64,000 bases of DNA from Octopus sinensis (lineage: Eukaryota). The DNA lies in assembly GCF_006345805.1 (NCBI RefSeq), contig NC_043020.1, positions 22,816,001 through 22,880,000 on the forward strand, read 5' to 3'. Both the position numbers and the translations under genes were made by a program. Each line of letters starts with the position of its first letter. The stretch's first letter is position 1. Shown one piece after another: positions 37,816-51,604 of this stretch. The notes beneath the pieces were generated by a model. The model was given only the letters and a program-made list of their open reading frames with translations. It was not told the DNA's origin and ran no database searches.

Positions 37816-39943
37816 ATATATATATATATATATATATAATTTTAATCCAAACGGGAAAACAAAAAAACAACAACAGTGGAACAATTACAGTATTATTATT
37901 AATAGGCGCTCAGGAAATATGGAAGCAGGAAGGTATGACGTTTCGAGCGGAGCTCTTCGTCGGAAACATAAAGAAGGAAGAGAGAGGAAAGAAAGATCCC
38001 AAAGGGGGCAACAGGAGATGGAGAAAAAAACGACTGGTGTTTACGAAGTACACATACATATATATGCTGGTGACATGTGACCTGCTGTGCTTGAGGAGAC
38101 CTATTGAGTCAAGTACATCAACATCAAAATAAATATCAAATGGAAATTGTAGTTGTGATACTTGTGCCAGCGGCACGTAAAAAGCACCATCTGAATGTGG
38201 TCGATGCCAGCATTGCTCTGACTGGCTTCTGTGCTGGTGGCATGCAAAAAGCACCAACTGATTGTGGCCGCTGCCAGCTTCCCCTGGCGCGTATATATAT
38301 ATATATATATTATATATTATATATTTATCATTCATTTTTATACTTTTTGAGATCTAGTTATAAGTTATATGTTTTTTAAAAATATATATTATTTGTTATT
38401 TATATTTTGGTTTATGTCTATCACTGTTTGAGTTGCATAATAGTGGTTTTATCTCTAATTTATATTTTATATATATATATATATATACACATATATATAT
38501 ATATATATACATATATGTATATATTTATATATATGTATACATTTGCATATGTATGGCTTTGTGCCTGTGTTTGTACCCCCCTCGTCACCACTTGGTAACT
38601 GGTGTTGGTGTGTTTATGTCCCTGTAACTTAGTGGTTTGGCAAAAGAAACTGATAGAATAAGTACTAGTCTTACAAAGAATAAGTCCTGCGATGTCAGTT
38701 TGTCTGAGTAAAGGTGGTGCTCCAGTATGGCCACAGTCAAATGACTGAAGCGAATTAAAGAATATGCTTAAATTTCATTTTCAACTTCTATTCCCTCTTC
38801 TTCGACACAAGTGAGCAGGGCAAAATAGAAAACTCCCTCCCCTCATTTGGTATCTCCCTAAATAAACAAAGGGCCAATGGCACACATTAGGGTAACATAA
38901 ATAACCAAGGAACCATGTAGAAATTATAGTGGCCCTTTATTTATACCAAAGGAGTCAGTAAGGAAGTTTGGGGGTGGGGCCCTCAAATTCGCTAAATCCA
39001 AACCAAGCCTTAAATTATATATTTTTTTTATATTTGTATTTTATTATATTTCTTTTTTTACTTTGTTTTGTTTGTTTTGCTAACCCCTTTTTTGTTCGTT
39101 TTTAATCCTTTTTTCTAAATCCTGCTTATTTTCACTGAAAACAATGTTACCACTGTCTTAACACATATGGATAGGAAATGGCTTTGGTGGCCCGGGGTGG
39201 TGCAGTATGGTGTGGTGTTGTAGTGTGAACACCCTACTCCCTGCAGTGAGGTGTGGTGTGGTGTTGTGTGGCATGATGTCTACTGTTCTATAATATATGT
39301 GGCGTAGTACAATTTAATGTAGTGTGGTGGCAGTGGTGGTCGTCGTTGTGGCAGAGGTGGTGGTGGTGATGGTGGAAGCAGTGGTACTTGTGATCATGGG
39401 AGTGAGGTGGTGTCAGTAATAGTGGTGGTGGTGGTGGTGGTGGTCATCGTTATCGTGGCAGAGGTGCTGGTGGTGGTGGTGGTGGTGGTGGTGGTGGTCA
39501 TCGTTATCGTGGCAGAGGTGCTGGTGGTGGTGGTGGTGGTGGTGGTGGTGGTGGTGGTAGTAGCAGTAGTACTTGTGATCATGGGAGTGAGGTGATATCA
39601 GTAGTAGTGATGGTGGTGGTCATCATCGTGGTTGTCATGATCTTGGTGATGGTGGAGGGGGTGGGGAGGTTGATGTTAGTAGTAGCGGTGGTGGCGGCAG
39701 CAGCGATGGTGGTAGTGGTAGGTGGTGGCAGTTATAGTGGTAATGCTGTTATTGTTGTTGTTGTTGGTGGTGGTGGTGCTTGTGGTGGTGAAGGTGACAG
39801 TGTATATAAATACATTAGGGTTTGTTCTGATCATCAAGAACAAAAATAAAGAGTAAACAAGAGAAGCTTCTTACCACACAGCAACAATTGTGCCGGCTTT
39901 ATTATTGTTGTTATTATTTTTTAAAAATATTTATTCAATATGT

Positions 39944-40709
39944 AAGGCGGCGAGCTGGCAGAGTTGTTAGCATGCCAGGCGAAATGCATAGCCGTATTTC
40001 GTCTGCCCCTACGTTCTGATTTCAAATTCCGCCGAGGGCGACTTTATCTTTTATCCTTTCAGGGTCGATTAAATAAGTACCAGTTACGCACTGGAGTCAA
40101 TATAATCGACTTAATCCGTTTGTCTATCCTTGTTTGTCCCCTCTGTGTTTAGCCCCTTGTGGGTAGTAAAGAAATAGGTATTTTGTCTGCCGCTACGTTC
40201 TGAGTTCAAATTCCGCCGAGGTCGACTTTGCCTTTCATCCTTTCGGGGTCGATTAAATAAGTACAGTTACGCACTGGAGTCAATATAATCGACTTAATCC
40301 GTTTGTCTATCCTTGTTTGTCCCCTCTGTGTTTAGCCCCTTGTGGGTAGTAAAGAAATAGGTATTTTGTCTGCCGCTACGTTCTGAGTTCAAATTCCGCC
40401 GAGGTCGACTTTGCCTTTCATCCTTTCGGGGTCGATTAAATAAGTACCAGTTACGCACTGGAGTCAATATAATCGACTTAATCCGTTTGTCTATCCTTGT
40501 TTGTCCCCTCTGTGTTTAGCCCCTTGTGGGTAGTAAAGAAATAGGTATTTTGTCTGCCGCTACGTTCTGAGTTCAAATTCCGCCGAGGTCGACTTTGCCT
40601 TTCATCCTTTCGGAGTCGATAAATTAAGTACCAGTAGTGTACTAGGGTCGATCTAATCGACAGGCCCCTCCCCCCAAATTTCTAGCCTTGTGCCAAGAGT
40701 AGAAAAAAA
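39944..40709 (+). mobile_element. Second tRNA-SINE family with its central 184-bp segment tandemly amplified (3 units plus a partial)
   Basis: Head GGCGGCGAGCTGGCAG; units at 40009, 40193, 40376 and 40560, the last three with an intact GTTCAAATTCC B-box; all carry GCCTTTCATCCTTTCGGGGTCGAT or a close variant. A related two-unit copy is at about 42020-42400. Confidence 0.85.
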
Positions 40710-41207
40710 TATCGTTACTAGTGAACCCCCAACATGTTAACAGCCAACACATAAGTACCAGTGGCCGGCTTACTCTTTTCTTTGAAATTGCTGGCCTTGT
40801 GCCAAAATTTGAAATCAATATTTATTCAATATCGCACTTTTATTATTTAGAAAAATACAGCGAAGGAAAACGATTACGCATGAAAAGAATAAATTTGAGA
40901 AAAACCAGGCGAAAACGTTTGATAACCTCAAGAGAAATAACTCAATAATAGGGTTGTAAGGGAGACAACTGCTAATAGTTGTAAAGGGAAGTAACTAAAG
41001 ATTTTTTTTTTCAATCATTTTAATTACAAGTGAAATAATTTCACTCTTATACTCTTTTACTTGTTTCAGTCATTTGACTGTCGCCATGCTGGAGCACCGC
41101 TTTTAGTCGAGCAAATCGACCCCAGGACTTATTCTTTGTAAGCCTAGTACGTATTCACCAGCATCGGTTGTCAAGCGATGTTGGGGAGACAAACACAGAC
41201 ACACACA

Positions 41208-41253
<46 letters not shown>

Positions 41254-41396
41254 TATATACGACGGGCTTATTTTAGTTTCCATCTACCAAATCCACTCAC
41301 AAGGCTTTGGTCAGCCCGAGGCTATAGTAGAAGACACTTGCCCAAGGTGTCTATTCTACAATATTTTCTAACTTCTTCATTATAGTTCTTTCGTTT

Positions 41397-41397
<1 letters not shown>

Positions 41398-41432
<35 letters not shown>

Positions 41433-41454
41433 TAGTAGTAGTAGTAGTAGTAGT

Positions 41455-41485
<31 letters not shown>

Positions 41486-41496
41486 TAGTAGAAGTA

Positions 41497-41543
<47 letters not shown>

Positions 41544-41585
41544 TAGTAGAAGTAGTAGTAGTAGTAGTAGCAGTAATAGTAGTGA

Positions 41586-41621
<36 letters not shown>

Positions 41622-41655
41622 CAGTAGTGATTGTAGTATTAGTAATAGTAGTAGC
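41398..41655. repeat. (AGT)n microsatellite
   Basis: Direct inspection. Confidence 0.95.
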
Positions 41656-42434
41656 TGTAGCTTAATCTTAAGTGGATCTTGATGGGTCGAACCTATCGTC
41701 AAAAGTGTTCCATCTACGTCTTTTTATAGGGCCCGTATTGTTGCCAAGACGATAAGAAGTAATTTGTGGGAGATTTCGTTGTTATTTGCTGCCGGTTTAT
41801 AGGCTTCAAATTTTTTTTTAACCACCCACTTGGCATAACCTGTAGGGCATCGAGAAAATATCTTGTGGTGTTTGATAAAATAAAATATATGAGCCTTTCA
41901 TGTAGGTTTCAAATCCCTTGCTTAAAGACGTCAAAGGGAGGACTACTCCATGGTGTTTTCGAACTGCTAGAAACATCAGCTAAATCTCCATATTCACGTC
42001 ATAAAAAAAAAAGAAGGATATTGGATCTGCCCTTGTTTGTCCTCTCTGTGTTTAACCCCTTGTGGGTAGTAAAGAAATAGGTATTTCCTCTGCCGTTACG
42101 TTCTGAGTTCAAATTCTGCCGAGTTAGACTTTGCCTTTCATCTTTTCGGGGTCGATAAATTAAGTACCAGTTACGCACTGGGGTCGATATAATCGACTTA
42201 ATCCATTTGTCTGTCCTTGTTTGTCCCCTCTGAGTGTAGCCCCTTGTGGGTAGTAAAGAAATAGGTATTTCATCTGCTGCTACGTTCTGAGTTCAAATTC
42301 TGTCAAGTACAACTTTGCCTCTTATTCTTTTGGGGTTGATAAAATAAAGGACCAGTCGAGCAATGGGGTCAATGTAATTGACTTATCCCCACCTCCTAGA
42401 AACTACCTTTGTGGAAAAAATTGCAAATAATAAA

Positions 42435-42465
<31 letters not shown>

Positions 42466-42468
<3 letters not shown>

Positions 42469-44922
42469 TAGTTTTATTTTTATAGCGTGCTTTCACTTCA
42501 CTACCGAGTGCAGCTCTGTGTGCCTTGGGTATGTGCTGTGATTTGTTGTGATGCTCTGATGGTTATTGTATGGAAAGTGTTCTGCGTAGAATGTGTGCAG
42601 TGCCTAGCAGTGCAATTTTCTGTATGTTATATGTGTTTGTAAGTCCTGGTGTTTTTGTTATGTATTTGTCTGAATATTTTTTTATCATGCCTAATGCACC
42701 TACTATGATAGGAATTGTTTCTGTTTTCAGATTCCACATTCTGGTTACCTCTATTTCCAGGTCTTTGTATTTTGAGAGTTTCTCCATTTCTTTTAGAGAC
42801 ACGTTGTCATCTGCCGGTATTGATACATCAATTAGAAAGCATTTTTTTTCTTCATGATCTCTGACAACTATATTTGGTCTGTTGGCCTAATATTCATGTC
42901 TGTGAATATATTCCTTCTTAGCCAGGACTGGGCAGCTAGAGATAATATGATTTATTGTTTCTTGTCAATCTGCAGTTACTTGTTATATTTCTTTTCATTA
43001 CATGTTTGTGGTAATTTCTAGTGGGGAGGCTTTGGTCTTGTGCTGCAATTAAAAATCCCTCTGTTTCTGCTTTGAGTCCTGAGCTTCTCAACCATTGCTG
43101 GGATTTATCTTTGTCTATTTCTTTTGCGTTTAGTTTAGTCCAGTATTTACCATGAAGGGGCTTTTCTTGCCATCGTTTTATCATGGTTCGTTGCTGTTCT
43201 ATTTTTAGTTTGGATTTCATTTGTTTTATAGCTTTTGTTGTTTCTTCATCTTCTTCTTCTTCTTCTTCATATTTATTAGGTGGTATGATTTCTTGTTTGT
43301 ATTTGTCAGCTTCCTTAAATACTGAGAACAGTTTTTTGTTTTGCTCGTGTTTTGCCGCTATTTGTATCAGTTTTCCTTCCTTCTGAAGTAGATATTTTTG
43401 CAGTCCTATGGTGGTTATTTTATAGTAGTTTTCCAGTTGTATAAGGCCTCTACCACCTTCTATACGTTGTATATATAGTCTTTCTATGTCAGATTTTGGG
43501 TGATGCATCCTAGAAACTGTCATTATTTTTCTTGTTTTCCTATCTATTTTGGTCAGTTCATTTAGTGTCCAGTTAAGGATATTGTAGCTGTAACTTATAA
43601 CTGGGACAGCTAAAGTGTTAATACCTATTATCTTGTTTTTAGCATTGAGCTCTGTTTTTAGTATTGATCTAACTCGTCTATAATATTCTTTTTTTATTTT
43701 CTCTTTCATTTGTGTGTGTTGTGTCTTATCTAGTTCATGGATTCCTAAGTATTTGTAAGTTTGGCTTTGGTCTAATTCTTTTATTTCATTGGTTTTATCT
43801 AGTGTGATGTTGCTACTCTTAACTAGTTTTCCTCTTTTCAGAGTTACTTTGGTGCATTTTTCTAATCCAAATTTCATATCTATTTCTTTGGTAAATCCAT
43901 GAACTGTCTTTAATAGTGTTTCCAGCTGTTTGTCATTTGCAGCGTATAGTTTTAGGTCATCCATATATAAAAGGTGGCTGATCGTTTTGCCGTAACATTT
44001 ATATCCGCATCCAGTTCTATTTAGTATATCAGATAGAGGTGACAGTGCCAAGCAGAAAAGGAGTGGAGAGAGCGTGTCTCCCTGGAATATTCCTCTTCTA
44101 ATGGGGATGTCTTTGGTTTTCATGAGTCCCTCTTTTGTTTGGAGGTGTAGGACTGTTTGCCATTTATTCATAGAGTACTCTATGAATTTTATGATTGTTG
44201 GTGCTACTTTGTTAATGGCTAGTGTTTCGAGGATCCATGTGTGGGGGATGCTATCAAACGCCTTTTTGTAGTCAATCCAGGCCATACTGAGGCCTTTCTT
44301 CTTTCTGTGGCTGTCTTCAGTTATGGCTTTATTAATCATTAGTTGATCTTTACAGCCATATGAGCCTTTGCGGCATCCTTTCTGCTCTTCTGGGAACAGT
44401 TTGTTTTCGTCCAGGTGCTTGTTCAACCTTTGCGATATCACTGCAGTAAATGCCTTGAACATTGTAGGGAGGCAGGTTATTGGTCTGTAGTTTTCTGGTT
44501 TTGCTGTCTCATTTGATTTGGGAATTAAGATGGTTTTCCCCTTCGTGAGCCATTCAGGCATTGTCTCTGGCTCTACTAGTATGTTGTTAAAGTTTTCAGC
44601 CAGCTTTTTGTGCATTCCTGTTAGATATTTCAACCAGAAGTTGGGGATCTTGTCATGCCCAGGTGCCTTCCAGTTGCTTAGTCTTTGCAGTGCCTGGGTG
44701 ACCTCTTCGGTTGTTATGGGGGTCCAAAGTTGTTCAGATGCCGAGTTTGTTATTTTGATACTCCTTTTTTTTGGTTGTTCGTTCGCCGACCATATTTCTC
44801 TCCAGAATTCTTCTAATTCTTCTGCCGTTGGTGCTGCAGTGACTTCTATTTTATTTATGCCAAGTTCTTGGTAGAACTTTTTGTGGTTGGAGTTGAACTT
44901 TTTGTTTTGTTCAAAGAAGCGC

Positions 44923-44924
<2 letters not shown>
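42466..44924 (-). mobile_element. R4/Dong-like RLE non-LTR retrotransposon, copy 2: uninterrupted RT, internally deleted Zn-knuckle/endonuclease
   Basis: NWKAPGHD, YRPITCL, QKGCRKG, WIDYKKAFDSIPH, RGIFQGDTLSPLLF, YMDDLKLY, YKYLG. About 14-bp and about 150-bp deletions relative to copy 1 near 42890-42975. (TAA)n at both ends. Confidence 0.92.
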
Positions 44925-44966
<42 letters not shown>

Positions 44967-45183
44967 ATTATCATTATTATTATAATTATTATTATCATTA
45001 TTATTATTATAATTATTATTATCATTATTATTACTATTATTATTATTATTATTATTGTCATCATTATTATTATTATTACCATTCTTCTTCTTATTGTTAT
45101 TGTTATTATTATTATTATTGTTATTATTATTATTATTATTATTATAATTATTCTTATTGTTATTGTTGTTGTTGTTGTTGTTG

Positions 45184-45264
<81 letters not shown>
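44925..45264. repeat. Degenerate (TAA)n array at the 5' junction of the R4-like element
   Basis: Direct inspection. Confidence 0.95.
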
Positions 45265-45269
<5 letters not shown>

Positions 45270-46139
45270 GAGAGCTGGTAGGGCCATTAAATAAAAATTC
45301 TTAGTCTTTATGTTCTGAGTTCAAATTCTGCTGAGGTCAACATTGCCTTTCACCCTTTCAGGGAGGGGTGGTGAGGGTCAATAAATTAAGTACCAGTCAA
45401 GTACTGGGGTCGATGTCATTGACTATCCCCTCCCCTCAAATTTCAGGCCTTGTGCCTATAATAGAAAGGTTTATTCATCATCATCATCATCATTGTTGTT
45501 TAACGTCTGCTTTCCATGCTGGCATGGGTTGGACGGTTTAACTGAGGTCTGGGAAGCCAGGAAGCTGCACCGGGCTCTAATCTGATTTGGCAGTGTTTCT
45601 ACAGCTGGATGCTCTTCCTAATGCCAACCACTCCGAAAGTGTAGTGGGTGCTTTTAAGTTCCACTGGCATGAGGGCCAGTCAGGTGGTTCAGGCAACAAC
45701 CATGCTCAAAAGGTGTTTTTTATGTGCTACCTACATGGGAGCCACAACCATGCTCGGATGTTGTTTTTTGATGTGCCAATTAGGCAATGCTGGCAATGAT
45801 CACGCTTGAATTGTGCTTTTTACGTGCCACCGGCATGGGGACCAATCAGCGGCCCTGGTAACGATCACACTCAGGTGGTGCTTTTAATGTTCCACTGGCA
45901 TGAGTGAGTGCCAATCAGGCAGTACTGTCATCGGCCACGTCAGCGATTTTGATTTTGGTTTCACTTGCCTCAATAGGTATTCACAAACAAAGTTTATTGT
46001 CCAATGAATGAGGGCTGGTTACACCCACTGGCATAGGTCACAGGTTATCGTCTCACTTGGCTTATTGGGTCTTCTGAAGCACAGCATATCTCCAAAGGTC
46101 TTGGTCACTAATCATTGCCTTGGTAAGGCCCTATTATTA

Positions 46140-46432
46140 TTATTATTGTTATCATCATCATCATCATCATCATCATCATTATTGTTATTATTACTATTAT
46201 TATTATTACTATAATAATAATAATAATAATTATTATTATTATTATTATTATTATTTTATTATTATTATCATTATCATTATCATTAATATTATTATTGTTA
46301 TTATTGTCATTATCATCATCATCAACATCATCATTATTATTATTATTACTATTATTATAATTACTATTATTATCATTATTATCATTATTATTATTATTAT
46401 TATTGTTATTATCATCATCATCATCATCATCA

Positions 46433-46463
<31 letters not shown>

Positions 46464-46504
46464 CATCATTATCATCATCATCATCGTCGTCATCATCATT
46501 ATTA

Positions 46505-46550
<46 letters not shown>

Positions 46551-46575
46551 CATGATTATTATTATTATTATTATT
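46140..46575. repeat. (ATT/ATC)n array at the end of a minus-strand RTE 3' UTR copy (about 45475-46135)
   Basis: Direct inspection. Confidence 0.85.
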
Positions 46576-46944
46576 TTCCTTCAGATGTGGTGAAGAAATA
46601 TTGATTTCAAATTTTATGTCAGTTAAAACGGTTTCACAGTATTGATTTTTTTGTTCTAACTCATTATATATTGATTAGAGGTATTGATTGCACTTTGATT
46701 CCAAACATTGCTTGGCTAAACATCCCCTCCCCCTTCCGCCATTATTGTCTGACCATTTGATGGCTTTAGCACTGTCCAATCTGTTGTAATGTAAGCATTT
46801 AGAAACAGCACCACCGATTCTTTCTCTCTCTCTCCTGCTCTCTTTCCCTCACTGTTTCTCTCTCATACACATAAACACACACACACACATATGTATAAAC
46901 ACATACATACCTACATGAAAACATAAATAAACACATGCATTTGT

Positions 46945-46998
<54 letters not shown>

Positions 46999-47341
46999 TA
47001 TACATATGCATACGCACACACACATACATACATACATACATACAGACAGACAGGCAGGCAAGCATGCAGACAGACAGACATATGCACACACATGCAAATG
47101 TTAATACATACATACACCCATAAACACTTACATATATACTAACAAACTTACATACTCATATACATACACAGATACATACTTACATACATACTTACATATT
47201 TACATACTCATATACATACACAATACACACATACATACATACATACATACCTATGCACGTACATGTATACTTTTCTCTTATTCTTTTATGATCATTTGAC
47301 TGTGGTCATGCTGGAGCACCGTATATATATATCTATATATG

Positions 47342-47374
<33 letters not shown>

Positions 47375-48464
47375 GTATGTATGTATGTATGTGCATATAT
47401 ATTTGTGTGCGTGTGTGAAACTTTGGACAAATATCTTTAACTACAGCCTCAGATTGACCAAAATTTTGTGAGTGGATTTGGTAGACGGAAACTAAAAGAA
47501 GCCCATCATATACTATATATGTGTGTGTTGGGGTGCGTGTGCGTGCAAGCAATGTACACCTGTGTGTCTGTGTGTGGTGTGTCTTTGTGTCCGAGTTTGT
47601 CCCCACCACCGTTTGACAACCAGTGTTTTTACATCCCCATGACTTAGCAGTTCAGCAAAACAGACCTGACTTAAAAAAGAAAAATAATAATTACTGGGGT
47701 CGATTCAATTTGTTCAACCAAAATTCTTCCGCGAGGCAGTGCCCCAGCATGGCCTCAGTCCAAAAACTGAAACAAGTAAAAGATAAAAGACACCACACAC
47801 TCACACACACACATATATATGCACTTACAAACACACACTCCACACACACATATACATGCGCACATGCATACACATATATACCAACACATGCACATACACA
47901 TGTGGCACCCACAAACACACACATATATGCACATATACAAACACACATGAAAGCAGACACACACGCACACATGCAGACATACACAAACACACACATGAAT
48001 GCAGATACACACACACACACATACACTAGCACACACATGACTGTGGACATACATGCACACACACACACACATCGACATACACAAACACACATGCAGACAC
48101 ACACATGAATGCAGATACACACACACACACACACACATGCATGCTCACATGTACACACAGAGGTATATTTCATCCTACACAGGTAAACCGATTTCAAGGT
48201 ATGCGATCTAAAAAGACATCCTAACACAAAATAAATATTTTAAAGAATTACAAAACAGAACAAGGTGGCAGGTTTACCTTGCATTTCACTATTTTGGGGT
48301 CAAAACCTCTTCTGCAGGACATTTGAAAAAAAAAAACAGATCTTTTCTCTCTCCTGCTTTTTCCAAACATCCTGAAGAAGAGGTCTTCACCCCGAAATAT
48401 TGAATTACAAAATAAAATCGTACATTTGTTCTATTTTCTCTTCCCTTTCAAGGCTATATAAGCT

Positions 48465-48534
<70 letters not shown>

Positions 48535-48839
48535 CATTGTGTACAGTGCTCAGGTGCACTACAACTCATCTAAAGTGTTTGTATAGTACATAGGGTAATG
48601 TACAAGCGTCAGGAAAAGAACAGTGCATGAGTCATGACATACACATATGTGTATGAGTATGGAAGGGGGCCAATTTTAATCAATTATCATTTTAATCAAT
48701 TATCAATATGTAATTTCGTATGATTTTCACTTTAATATTATTTTTTTAACGAGTCTTTCTTAATTTTTGCATCTTTAAATTTGTTCTTTTTCGGATGTAT
48801 TTGGTTTGCAAAATTCTTTATGTGAAATCGTGTGTTGAA

Positions 48840-49020
48840 GCATATTCTATTGTGTCTAGGGAGAGTCATTCTCTTTTAGTGCCTTATTATTTAACACACT
48901 CACCGGTTCGATTTCCACTCTTAGGAAAAATAATAATTAAATAAGTAAATGAGTGGAAATCGAACAGGTGAGTGTGTTAAGTAATAAGTAATGAAGAGGA
49001 TGAATCTCCCCGGAATATGC
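48840..49020. repeat. Imperfect inverted repeat (core arms 48883-48920 / 48951-48988)
   Basis: TTAACACACTCACCGGTTCGATTTCCACTC versus GAGTGGAAATCGAACAGGTGAGTGTGTTAA. Confidence 0.8.
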
Positions 49021-50777
49021 ATCTATTCACAAAACGTCATTGTAAAATTCATTCTACTACACTAATATGTAGAACGTAATACCGTCATAAAAAAGATAAA
49101 ATAGACATTGAATCCTTATATAATCCTAAAAGAAGCTAACAGGTGTGATGGCCACGTTTAGAACGCTTTTGGAACTAAAAAACATCAAGCCATTCGAATG
49201 ACAGAAACAGTTTAGTGAAAGTTTAATTATCATTACTGCGTTGAGTTATCTCCCTTACACTAATTGCCATTGCCGCTTATTCTGCTCGACGAAACTTTCC
49301 CTTAAAAGCGTGCCATCCGTGCCCGCAACTCCTTTCTTCTTGCACTCTCCGAGCTACGCTTTATTATTTGCTTATTTATTTATATTAATTAATTAATTTA
49401 TTCATTTGTTTGTTTGTTAAGTTGTCCACATGTGATAGAAAGGAGATTTCGCTGCTATTTCTAGCAGGTCAATTAACCATGTAGTGAGACCGGTTTGTTG
49501 ATGATGTTTATTATCTTTTTTTTTTATCTTTCGCTTGTTTCAGTCATTGGATTGCGGCCATGCTGTAGCAACGACTTGAATTTTTTTTTAGACGAACAAA
49601 TCGACGCTATTATTTATTCTGGTCGTTTATTCTGTTGGGCTCTTTTGCTGACGAGAACGTGAACATACGCGTGCGCAGACACACGCACACACACACACGC
49701 ACGCGCGCACGCACACACACAAACACACGCACGCACCCCCACACACACAAACAAACACGCACATACACACACGCACGCACGCACACATACACAAACAAAC
49801 ACACGCACACACACACACAAACACGCACATACACGCACGCACACAAACACACGCACACACAAACAAACAAACAACTGACCAAGGTACCACGAAGTGGGAC
49901 TGAACCCGGAACCATATAGGTTGAGAAGCAAGTTCTTACCACGCAGATAGAGAGAGGGGGGAGAGTGGGGTCGGTTACAACTCAAAAATATCTAGAGAAA
50001 CGTTTCCATTCTTATGGGATCACATGATCATCAATGAAGAAGGGAGTAAATCCAGTATTTAAAGTTAAGACATGACACGACATATTCCGGCCTTATTAGA
50101 CCCTCCTTAGCGGAATATATTTTACTCTGTTGGCAAGAATAATGCTGCTTTTAAAAAAAAATTAAAACATAAAGATTAATTTATAGATAGAAAGGACTAA
50201 GATAAGGGGTCCCTTTTTTTTTTCTAGCCTCGGTTATGAAAGTAAACCACATGTATGGCACCTTAGTTGTAGACACATCGCCAAGAAAACAAGTCTTTGA
50301 TTACCAGATCAGCCCACGGGATAGAATTGGGGGAGAAAGTCAAAACTGAAGAATTTGGGGTGGAGGGAGAATTTAACAATGCCGATTTTTGGCAATTTTC
50401 AGGAACCTCCGTATCCGAAAACGGAGATTTTGGAAAAAAAAAAAATTTACAAAACAAATTTGGGAGAAAATGGCGGGGACGGGCGGAAGTCTTTCTCCAT
50501 CAAGTTTTTCGGACTCAGTGAATCTATCTCAAGCTTTGGCGCTTTTCCTATCATTTAGCTTCTGATCAGCTGTCATCCAGTAGACCTATGATCAAAGTAG
50601 TTCCAACCGTGCCCAGCCCATCTACCTTTTTTACTTTTTGGCCACATATAATGTATCTTGGAACACATTATCCAATGTGCCATTTCCTTTATTATTACAG
50701 TGTAAGTTCAATAGCGGCATTTTATCTGTCCTTACGCTCTGAGTTCAAATTCCGCCGAGGTTGACTTTGCCTTTCAT

Positions 50778-50944
50778 CCTTTCGGGGTCGATAAAATAAG
50801 TGCCAGTTACGCACTGGGGTCGATATAATCGACTAGCTCCCTAACCACAAATTTCAGGCCTTTCGGGGTCGATAAAATAAGTACCAGTTACGCACTGGGG
50901 TCGATATAATCGACTAGCTCCCTAACCACAAATTTCAGGCCTTT
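50778..50944 (+). repeat. 81-bp tandem duplication inside a tRNA-SINE
   Basis: CCTTTCGGGGTCGATAAAATAAG...AAATTTCAGG at 50778 and 50859. Confidence 0.9.
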
Positions 50945-51604
50945 TGCTCCGAACAGAAAGGATTATTAGAAGTATAGTAAAGCGGCGAGTTGGCAGAATC
51001 GTTAGCACGCCGGACAAAATGCTTAGCAGTATTTTGTCCGTCTTTATGTTCTAAGTTCAATTTCTATCGAGGTCGACGTTACCTTTCATCCTTACGGGGT
51101 CGATAAATTAACTACCAGTAGCGTACTGAGGCTGATCTAATCGACCGCCCCCCTTTTCCCAAAATTTCGGGCCTTGTGCCTAGAGTAGAAAAAATTATTA
51201 GAGTGTTAAGTTGACAGAGATTTGGCTGCTATTTCTAACAGATCTAGTACCATATACGGGGTCTTTTCTATGCGCTGAATTCGTCATACGTTTTATTCTC
51301 CCATTCACTCATTCATTCATTCATCTTGTCAAATGAAGCGTTTCAACGGACATGCCAAAAAAGCCGATATCAAGATTGAATACGATGGGAAAAAATAATG
51401 TACTATGATTAAAGGATACGAGTTAATACAGTGTGTGTGTGTCCTTTGAGAAAATGGCTCCGGCCTTCTTTATTGAACATCAGATTAAGAGCAATTAGTT
51501 AAAAGCCACAAAAATAAATCTACTACAGAATGTTAATTGGCAAACGGAGTGTTATATGCTTTTAATTTCGCATATTTATTTCCTGACTTTTTGATGTGTT
51601 TTTT

